Positions 57,182 to 64,000 of a stretch of 64,000 nt of DNA are shown in pieces. A program made the position numbers and the translations under genes. Source of the stretch: an uncultured Gemmatimonadales bacterium (GTDB taxonomy: Bacteria; Gemmatimonadota; Gemmatimonadetes; Longimicrobiales; RSA9). The stretch lies in contig CAWCUS010000002.1 of the NCBI GenBank assembly GCA_963798845.1, forward strand, positions 32,001 through 96,000, given 5' to 3'. Numbering within the stretch: the stretch's first letter is position 1; each line of letters starts with the position of its first letter. A model generated the notes under the pieces. The model saw only the letters and a program-made list of their open reading frames with translations, was not told the DNA's origin and did not search any database.

Positions 57182-58711
57182 ATGAACGCAGGGGACGCCG
57201 CCGAGCGTGACCGGGAGCGTCTGTATCGTGCGCTCCGGGAACGGTTCGGCCACGAGGACTTTCGGCCCGGGCAGGAAGAGGTGATCCGGGCGGTCCTCGA
57301 CGACCGCGACGCCCTGGTGGTGCTGCCCACGGGCGCGGGGAAGAGCCTCATGTACCAGCTCCCGGCAGTGATCAAGCCGGGGATCACGGTCGTGGTCTCG
57401 CCCCTCATCGCGCTCATGAAGGACCAGACGGACAAGCTGGACCGCGCCGGCGTGGACGCACTCACCATCAACTCGGGACTCACGGGCTCTGAAAAGCGGG
57501 CGGCGGAGCACGCGGTGGCGGAGGGGGGCGGCGAGATCCTGTACGTGACACCCGAGCGGTTCCGCGACCGTGATTTCTTCGACGCGCTGCTCGACCGGGA
57601 TGTGAGTCTCCTGGTTGTGGACGAGGCGCACTGCATCTCGGAGTGGGGCCACGACTTCCGTCCCGACTACATGATGATCGGCGCGATCGCCGAGCGGCTG
57701 GGGCGGCCACCGGTGCTCGCCCTCACCGCCACCGCCACGCCGGATGTGCGGGAGGACATCGTCGCGCAGCTCCGGATGCGGGACCCCTTCCGCTTCACCG
57801 TGGACCTGCTGCGCCCCAACCTCTTCCTGGCCCTCGAGCGCACCGTCAACGAGGAGCAGAAGGAGGCGATGCTCCTCCGGCTGCTCGAGGAGACGGAGGG
57901 GACGGGGATCGTCTACTTCGCCACGGTGCGCGACGCGGAGCGCATGTTCGACGCGCTCGAGGACCGCTTCGACCTGGTCCTGTACCACGGCCAGCGCACG
58001 GCGAAGCAGCGGCGCGACGCCCAGAACGCGTTCATGGAGGGCAGGGTCAAGGCGGTCTTCGCCACCAACGCGTTCGGGCTCGGGATCGACAAGCCGGACA
58101 TCCGCTTCGTGGTCCACTACCACTTCCCCGGCTCCCTCGAGGCCTACTACCAGGAGGTGGGACGCGCCGGGCGCGACGGGAAGCCGGCGCTCTGCGTCCT
58201 GCTGTACCGGGAAGAGGACCGCCGGATCCAGAGCTACTTCCTCGGCGGCAGGTACCCGTCGCTGGAAGAGGCTGCCCAGGTCGCACGCGTCATGAACGCC
58301 CTGGATACCGGCGACGCACGGCCCCTGGACGACATCGCCTCCGCCGCCGACGTCCCCGCCCGCAAGTCACGCATCGTACTCACTCTCCTCAAGCGCGAGG
58401 GGGCCGTGCGCGAGCACCGGGGTGGCGGGTGGGAACGGTTGGTGCCGGACGTCGCCCGGGCGGACCTGGAGACGGACCTCCTCGACTACGAGGCTCGCAG
58501 GGAGGCGGACCGCGAAAAGCTCGCGGCCATGGTCTCCTACTGCCGCAGCGCCCGCTGCCGCACCCGCTTCATCACCCGTTACTTCGGCTCGGACGGGCAG
58601 ATCGCCGGGGCCGTGGCGACCGGGCGTCCGCCGGACGCCCCCGATGGGTCCTGCGGCCATTGCGACAATTGCGAAGGCCGACGCTGGCCCCGGGCCGCCA
58701 GCGTGGCGTGA
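57182..58711 (+). CDS. RecQ family ATP-dependent DNA helicase (no HRDC domain seen)
   Basis: PTGAGKS, VDEAHCISEWGHDFRPDY, TAT, YYQEVGRAGRDG, CR...CGHCDNC zinc site. Confidence 0.93.
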   Translation: MNAGDAAERDRERLYRALRERFGHEDFRPGQEEVIRAVLDDRDALVVLPTGAGKSLMYQLPAVIKPGITVVVSPLIALMKDQTDKLDRAGVDALTINSGLTGSEKRAAEHAVAEGGGEILYVTPERFRDRDFFDALLDRDVSLLVVDEAHCISEWGHDFRPDYMMIGAIAERLGRPPVLALTATATPDVREDIVAQLRMRDPFRFTVDLLRPNLFLALERTVNEEQKEAMLLRLLEETEGTGIVYFATVRDAERMFDALEDRFDLVLYHGQRTAKQRRDAQNAFMEGRVKAVFATNAFGLGIDKPDIRFVVHYHFPGSLEAYYQEVGRAGRDGKPALCVLLYREEDRRIQSYFLGGRYPSLEEAAQVARVMNALDTGDARPLDDIASAADVPARKSRIVLTLLKREGAVREHRGGGWERLVPDVARADLETDLLDYEARREADREKLAAMVSYCRSARCRTRFITRYFGSDGQIAGAVATGRPPDAPDGSCGHCDNCEGRRWPRAASVA

Positions 58712-58761
58712 GCCGAAGGCGACCATCGCGGCGGGGCGGCGCGCTTCCTAACTTCAGCACC

Positions 58762-60324
58762 ATGAGTGAACGCTGGGACTTCGTCATCATCGGGTCCGGA
58801 TTCGGCGGAAGCGTATCCGCGCTGCGGCTCGCCGAGAAGGGATACCGCGTCCTCGTCCTGGAAAAGGGGCGGCGCTTCGACGCCGACGATTTCGCCCGCC
58901 GCAACTGGAACCTCCGGCGCTGGCTCTGGGCGCCCCGCCTCGGGCTCCGCGGCCCATTCCGCATGACTTTCCTCCGCCATCTCACTGCCCTGTCCGGGGT
59001 CGGCGTCGGCGGCGGATCCCTCGTCTACGCGGGCGTCCTCCAGGAGCCCGGAGAGCGTTTCTTCCGCGCCCCATCCTGGAGCCACCTTGCGGACGACTGG
59101 CACGCCGAGCTCTCGCCGCACTACGCTACCGCCCGCCGCATGCTCGGCGCCGCCGAGGTCCCGTTCGAGACATACCCCGACCGGGTGGTGGCCGACGTGG
59201 CCGCGGCCATGGGGCGGAGCGAGCATCACCGCCCGACGCACGTCAGCGTCTACTTCGGCGAGCCGGGCGTCACGGTGGCCGACCCCTTCTTCGGCGGCGA
59301 GGGCCCCGACCGCACCGGCTGCACGCGCTGCGGCGGGTGCATGGTCGGCTGCCGGTTCGGTGCCAAGAACACCCTCGACCGCAACTACCTGTGGCTCGCG
59401 GAGCGGAAGGGCGCCGAAATCCGCGCACTGGCCGAGGTCGCCGCCGTCCGCGTGGACCACGGCGGGTATCGCGTGGAAACCCGGGAAGGCGCCCTCCCCT
59501 GGCCCCGCCGCCGCCGCGTCTACCACGCCGACCGCGTGGTCTTCGCCGGCGGCGTGCTCGGGACCGTCCCCCTGCTCCTCCGCATGAAGGCGGACCCGGC
59601 GGGACTCCCGCGCCTGTCCCCCCGAATCGGCGATTACGTCCGCACCAACTCCGAGGTGCTCATGGGCGTGGTCGCGCCAGGCACCGAGATGGCAGACGGC
59701 GTCGCCATCACCTCCATCCTCGACGCCGGCGGCCGCGCGACCCTCGAGCCCGTCCGCTACCCGGCCGGCTCCGGCGCCCTCCGGCTCCTCCAGGCACCCC
59801 ACGCCCCCGGCGAGACCCTCGCCCGACGACTCGCCGCCGCCCTCCGCCGTGTGGCCCGCCACCCCGTCCGGACCCTCCGCACCTGGCTCGTGCGCGACTG
59901 GGCACGCCACACCATGATCCTCCTCTACATGAGCACCGACGACGCTCACCTCCAGCTCCGGCTCCGCCCCCGAACCCGGACCCTCGCCACCGTCGCCGAG
60001 CCGGGCGCGGCTCCCCGCGCCTCCCTCCCCGAGGCCACACGCATCGGCGAGGAGGTCGCCCAACGCACCGGCGGCTATCCCGTCAGCTTCATCATGGAGA
60101 CCCTCACCGCCACACCCACCACAGCCCACATCCTCGGCGGCTGCATCATGGGCGACTCCCCCGAAACCGGCGTCATTCGCCCAGACCACCAGCTCTGGAA
60201 CTATCCCGGCCTCTTCGTCGTCGACGGTTCCGCCGTCTCGGCCAATCCCGGCGTCAATCCCTCCCTCACCATCACCGCCCTCGCCGAGCGCGCCATGTCG
60301 CGTGTCTCACCTCGCCCGGCGTGA
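58762..60324 (+). CDS. GMC oxidoreductase, cholesterol oxidase (ChoD)-like
   Basis: IIGSGFGGSV, GVGGGSLVY, CTRCGGCMVGCR, AKNTLDRNYL, TAHILGG, GVNPSLTITALAE. Confidence 0.9.
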   Translation: MSERWDFVIIGSGFGGSVSALRLAEKGYRVLVLEKGRRFDADDFARRNWNLRRWLWAPRLGLRGPFRMTFLRHLTALSGVGVGGGSLVYAGVLQEPGERFFRAPSWSHLADDWHAELSPHYATARRMLGAAEVPFETYPDRVVADVAAAMGRSEHHRPTHVSVYFGEPGVTVADPFFGGEGPDRTGCTRCGGCMVGCRFGAKNTLDRNYLWLAERKGAEIRALAEVAAVRVDHGGYRVETREGALPWPRRRRVYHADRVVFAGGVLGTVPLLLRMKADPAGLPRLSPRIGDYVRTNSEVLMGVVAPGTEMADGVAITSILDAGGRATLEPVRYPAGSGALRLLQAPHAPGETLARRLAAALRRVARHPVRTLRTWLVRDWARHTMILLYMSTDDAHLQLRLRPRTRTLATVAEPGAAPRASLPEATRIGEEVAQRTGGYPVSFIMETLTATPTTAHILGGCIMGDSPETGVIRPDHQLWNYPGLFVVDGSAVSANPGVNPSLTITALAERAMSRVSPRPA

Positions 60325-60362
60325 ACCGGCGCGCACTTGAACCAGCGCGCTGGCCGCGCGAT

Positions 60363-60383
60363 GTTTCACCGAAACGTTGAAAC
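60363..60383 (+). promoter_or_regulatory. inverted repeat just upstream of the sigma54 activator RBS (candidate activator site)
   Basis: GTTTCA-N9-TGAAAC; 15/19 identity to 62101-62119. Confidence 0.5.
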
Positions 60384-60397
60384 GAGGAGGCTCCCCC

Positions 60398-62020
60398 ATG
60401 CGGGAACCGGTGGGCGTCGCGTACGAGCTGGACCGGCTGCTTGCCGCGCTCGGGCGCGTGTACATGGTGGCGAACGCCGAGCTGAGGGTGGTGGAGTTCT
60501 CGGCGCGGCTCCCGGAAATCCTGGGTCGGAGCGCGCAGCAGCTGGTGGGCGCGCCACTGGAGGAGGTGCTCGGCGAGGAGGTCACCGGGTCCGACGGAGT
60601 GGTCCGGGAGGTGCTGCGGTCGGGGCGTCGCCGGGAGGGGCTGCGGGTATTCCTGCACCGCTCGGGCGGTGAACGGATGGCGGTGTCGCTCACCGTCGGG
60701 GCGCTGGGGAACGGCGACCCGCACGGCTTCGGCGCGGTCACGTTCCGCGACGGCGCGGCCCAGGCCGGTGATCTCGCGGCAGGCGCGGGCGGCCCCGCTG
60801 CCGTGGGCTCCGGCGGCCCGGTGGCGGCGGGGGCCGGAGCGGGTGCGGGCAGGGCGGACGGCGACGGTGAGGGTCTCCGGGGAGGCGGAGCGGCCAGGTC
60901 GGCCGCGGTAGTCCTGATGATCCGCTCGGAGCAGGAGGAGGAGGCCCCGGTCCCGTCGTACGGCGGGATCGTCGCCCGCTCCGCGGTGATGCAGCGCATC
61001 TTCCGGCTCATCGAGCTGCTGCGCGACCACGACTCCACGGTGCTCGTCACGGGAGAGAGCGGGACCGGGAAGGAACTGGTGGCGCGCGCGCTCCACGACA
61101 CGTCGTCTCGCCACGACGAGCCGTTCGTCGCGGTGAACTGCGCGGCGCTCCCGTCCGAGCTGCTGGAGAGCGAGCTGTTCGGGCACGTCCGGGGAGCGTT
61201 CACCGGTGCGGTGCGGGACCGGATCGGCCGCTTCGAGCTCGCCGACGGCGGCACGCTCTTCCTCGATGAGGTGGGCTCCATGAGCCTCCCGCTCCAGGCC
61301 AAGATCCTGCGCGCGCTCCAGGAGCACGCCTTCGAGCGCGTGGGCGACACGCGCACCCGCCACGTCGATGTCCGCATCCTCGCCGCCACCAACGAGAACC
61401 TCGGCCGCGCCGTGCAGGAGCACCGCTTCCGCGAAGACCTCTACTACCGTCTGCGCGTCGTCCCTATCGAGATCCCGCCCCTGCGCGAGCGACGCGAGGA
61501 CATCGAGGCCATCACCCGCTTCCTCCTGCACCGCATCGGAACCACCCGCGGCCGTTCCCTGCGACTCGCTCCCTCCGCCATGGACGCCATCAGGGGGTAT
61601 CCCTGGCCCGGCAACGTCCGGGAGCTCGACAACGCCCTCGAGTTCGCCACCACCGTCTGCGAAGGCCAGACCATCCACGTCGAGCACCTCCCCGTCGAGG
61701 TGCGCGCCGCCGGCGTCGAAACCGGAGCACCTGGCGAGTACCGGCCCTGGGCCACCCATGGCCAGCTTCCGGGGACCGGTTCCACGCCCGCGGCCGAGCT
61801 TCCCTCCTCACCGTGGCGCGCCTCAACCGCAGACGGCGGTCGCGCTGCCCACGCCGCAGACCACCGCATTCCTCCCCACCTCTCCGCCGCAGAGGCCGCC
61901 GAGGCCCGCCAGATCCTCGACGCCCTCGCCCGGGCCCGCTTCAGCCGCCAGGACGCCGCGCGGCTGCTCGGTATCAGCCGCACCACTCTGTGGCGGAAGA
62001 TGAAGGAGTACCGGCTCTAG
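60398..62020 (+). CDS. sigma54-dependent enhancer-binding protein (PAS-like, AAA+, Fis HTH)
   Basis: GESGTGKE, ESELFGH..GAFTGA, LFLDEVG, FREDLYYRL, WPGNVREL, LGISRTTLWRKM. Confidence 0.95.
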   Translation: MREPVGVAYELDRLLAALGRVYMVANAELRVVEFSARLPEILGRSAQQLVGAPLEEVLGEEVTGSDGVVREVLRSGRRREGLRVFLHRSGGERMAVSLTVGALGNGDPHGFGAVTFRDGAAQAGDLAAGAGGPAAVGSGGPVAAGAGAGAGRADGDGEGLRGGGAARSAAVVLMIRSEQEEEAPVPSYGGIVARSAVMQRIFRLIELLRDHDSTVLVTGESGTGKELVARALHDTSSRHDEPFVAVNCAALPSELLESELFGHVRGAFTGAVRDRIGRFELADGGTLFLDEVGSMSLPLQAKILRALQEHAFERVGDTRTRHVDVRILAATNENLGRAVQEHRFREDLYYRLRVVPIEIPPLRERREDIEAITRFLLHRIGTTRGRSLRLAPSAMDAIRGYPWPGNVRELDNALEFATTVCEGQTIHVEHLPVEVRAAGVETGAPGEYRPWATHGQLPGTGSTPAAELPSSPWRASTADGGRAAHAADHRIPPHLSAAEAAEARQILDALARARFSRQDAARLLGISRTTLWRKMKEYRL

Positions 62021-62194
62021 CCGCGGGGCCCCGCCGGTGCCGGGCTGGGGGCGGTCGTCCCCGGGCCAGCGTCCCGGATCGTCCAGATTTGTTCCCTATC
62101 GTTGCACCAATCCGTTGAAGGTCCGTGGACGGCGGAGGGTGCGGTTCAGGCCTATATGCTTGTGTGTGAATGACATAGGCGGAGTGCGCGTTCG

Positions 62195-62210
62195 TGGCTC
62201 CCTGCTTGCT
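62195..62210 (+). promoter_or_regulatory. sigma54 -24/-12 promoter
   Basis: TGGCTCCCTGCTTGCT with GG (62196-97), N10, GC (62208-09); lies next to a sigma54 activator gene. Confidence 0.75.
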
Positions 62211-62211
62211 T

Positions 62212-62243
62212 ATCCGAGTATGCGGATATCCGGGTTACCGGAT
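62212..62243. promoter_or_regulatory. two abutting palindromic operators ATCCG-N6-CGGAT
   Basis: ATCCGAGTATGCGGAT (62212-62227) and ATCCGGGTTACCGGAT (62228-62243) cover the predicted start site upstream of arsR. Confidence 0.75.
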
Positions 62244-62273
62244 TCATGAATCTCCCGGGAGGAGAACGGAGCC

Positions 62274-62621
62274 ATGCTGGCACAGCCAGACGCGGCGGAG
62301 ATCGGGGCGGCGGCGAAGGTGTTCAAGGCGCTGGCACACCCGGACCGTCTCCGGCTGACGTGCCTGCTGGCGGAGCGGACGGGTGCGACGCAGAAGGACC
62401 TGGTGGAGGAGCTGGGGTGGCCGCAGAGCACGGTGGCGAGGCACCTGGGGGCGCTGCGGGAGCGGGGGCTGGTGGTGGGGCGGCGGCAGGGGTCGGAGGT
62501 GGTGCTGGAGGCGGCGGAGATGCCACGGCTGCTGCTGAACACGGTGTGCGAGTGGATGCACCCGGATGAGCCGGGCGCCGGAGCGGGAAGGGTGACGGAG
62601 GGAGCCAATGAAGCGGCGTGA
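62274..62621 (+). CDS. ArsR/SmtB repressor, SqrR/BigR-like two-Cys type
   Basis: FKALAHPDRLRLTC (Cys30), QSTVARHLGALR HTH, NTVC (Cys92). Confidence 0.85.
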   Translation: MLAQPDAAEIGAAAKVFKALAHPDRLRLTCLLAERTGATQKDLVEELGWPQSTVARHLGALRERGLVVGRRQGSEVVLEAAEMPRLLLNTVCEWMHPDEPGAGAGRVTEGANEAA

Positions 62622-64000
62622 GTTCATCCGGGCGGGCAGCTACGGCGTGGTGGGCGCCGGGGTGCTCGGGGGGCTGTCGACGGACTGGTACGGGTCGTAC
62701 GCGCCCGATCTGCGCGACCCGGGGACGGACGGGCAGTACGTGGTCCCGACGTTCTGCGAGCTGTGCTTCTGGAATTGCGGGATCCTGGCGCACGTGAAGG
62801 ACGGGAGGGTCACGAAGATCCAGGGGAACCCGGCGCACCCGCTGAGCCAGGGTCGCCTGTGTCCGCGTGGAGCCGGCGGAACCGGGCTGCTGTACGATCC
62901 GGACCGTTTGAAGGCGCCGATGGTGCGGGTGGGGAGCCGTGGGGGTGACCGGTTCGAGGTGGTGAGCTGGGAGACCGCGCTGGACGAGGTGGCGGACCGG
63001 TTCGAGAAGATCCGGCAGGCGCACGGGGTGGAGTCGCTGGCGCTATTCAGCCACGGCTTCGGAGGGAGCTGGTTCAAGCACCTGTTCAAGTCGTACGGGT
63101 CGCCGAACATCACGGCGCCGAGCTACGCGCAGTGCCGGGGCCCTCGCGAGGTGGGCTTCACGCTGACGTACGGGCTGGGTCCCGGCTCGCCGGAGAACAC
63201 GGACATCGAGAACACGCGGTGTCTGACGCTGATCGGGAGCCACCTCGGCGAGAACATGCACAACACGCAGGTGCAGGAGTTCGCCACGGCGATCCGCAAC
63301 GGTGCGGACGTGATCGTTGTGGACCCGCGCTACAGCGTGGCGGCGTCCAAGGCGAAGTACTGGCTGCCGATCAAGCCGGGGACCGACATGGCGCTGCTGC
63401 TGGCGTGGATGAACGTCCTGATCGAGGAGGGGCTGTACGACCGCGAGTACATTGAGCGGCATGCCGTGGGCTTCGAGCAGCTGAAGGCGCACGTGGGGCC
63501 GCTGACGCCGGAGTGGGCGTACCCGCGGACGGGGATCGAGCCGGAGCTGATCCGGCAGTCGGCGAGGACGATGGCGGCGGCCCGGCCGGCGAGCATCGTC
63601 CACCCGGGACGACATGTGACGTGGTACGGCGATGATACGCAGCGGTCCCGGGCCATCGCCATGGTGAACGCGCTCCTCGGGTCGTGGGGGCGGCGAGGCG
63701 GCTTCTACATGGCGCAGCCGATGGGCGTGCCGGACCTGGACGCGGCCCACCACCCGGAGGCCGGGCCGCCGGCGGACCGCAAGCTCGCGGGGGAGTACCC
63801 GCTGTCGGACTCGGTGCTGGCCAAGGGCGTGTGTGACGCGAGCGTGCCGGGCAAGTTCCGCGAGGATCCCAGCATCAAGGGGTGGATGGTCTACGGCTCC
63901 AACCTGCCGACCACGCTGCCGAACCCGCAGGAGACGTACGCGGCGATCCAGGCGCTGGACTTCCTGGTGACCGTGGACGTGCTGCCGGTGGAGATCGTCG
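62608..64000 (+). CDS. Tat-exported molybdopterin oxidoreductase, polysulfide/thiosulfate reductase catalytic subunit-like (3' end outside window)
   Basis: Own translation: MKRREFI Tat signal, CELCFWNC...LCPRG FS0 motif, SHG.GG.WF, APSYAQCRGPR (candidate Mo-ligand Cys), GENMHNTQ, VVDPRYS, PIKPGTD. Confidence 0.88.
   Translation, partial: MKRREFIRAGSYGVVGAGVLGGLSTDWYGSYAPDLRDPGTDGQYVVPTFCELCFWNCGILAHVKDGRVTKIQGNPAHPLSQGRLCPRGAGGTGLLYDPDRLKAPMVRVGSRGGDRFEVVSWETALDEVADRFEKIRQAHGVESLALFSHGFGGSWFKHLFKSYGSPNITAPSYAQCRGPREVGFTLTYGLGPGSPENTDIENTRCLTLIGSHLGENMHNTQVQEFATAIRNGADVIVVDPRYSVAASKAKYWLPIKPGTDMALLLAWMNVLIEEGLYDREYIERHAVGFEQLKAHVGPLTPEWAYPRTGIEPELIRQSARTMAAARPASIVHPGRHVTWYGDDTQRSRAIAMVNALLGSWGRRGGFYMAQPMGVPDLDAAHHPEAGPPADRKLAGEYPLSDSVLAKGVCDASVPGKFREDPSIKGWMVYGSNLPTTLPNPQETYAAIQALDFLVTVDVLPVEIV

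Noticed and set aside
57643..58761. 893-aa RecQ/GMC oxidoreductase fusion
   Set aside because: The upstream part is an off-frame overlap of recQ; the oxidoreductase begins at ATG 58762 with its FAD-binding motif.

Overview
High-GC bacterial chromosomal segment with no tRNA, rRNA, CRISPR array or recognisable mobile element. Gene content and style suggest Gemmatimonadota, but that is an inference. Main blocks: (1) 1-7.4 kb, mixed envelope genes (DUF3667, TfoX, DUF3365 haem lipoprotein, methyltransferase, M13 peptidase, esterase, RlpA). (2) 7.5-20 kb, a GlgE-pathway alpha-glucan operon (glgE, treS-mak fusion, malQ, glgB, GH57) containing an inverted pair of REP-like elements. (3) 20-33 kb, minus-strand surface and peptide-scavenging genes (beta-barrel plus lipoprotein, Ig-like HExxH protease, two tandem M14 peptidases). 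(4) A csp-infA unit with a terminator-like hairpin before each gene. (5) 34.2-50.7 kb, the most unusual block: one co-directional redox cluster of 2-oxoacid:ferredoxin oxidoreductase alpha/beta, an unknown protein, rnfB, a 1710-aa PFOR with a fused ferredoxin, rnfCDGEA, an NqrM-like 47-aa microprotein, a Tat-type ApbE and two paralogous Cys-rich proteins I cannot assign to a family. (6) 50.8-60.3 kb, regulators and miscellaneous genes. (7) 60.4-64 kb, a PAS sigma54 activator, a sigma54 promoter with tandem SqrR/BigR-like operators, a two-Cys ArsR and a Tat-exported polysulfide/thiosulfate-reductase-like molybdoenzyme cut by the window end. Three genes carry single-base frameshifts that may be assembly errors. 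All family calls come from motif recognition by eye; no database searches were run.
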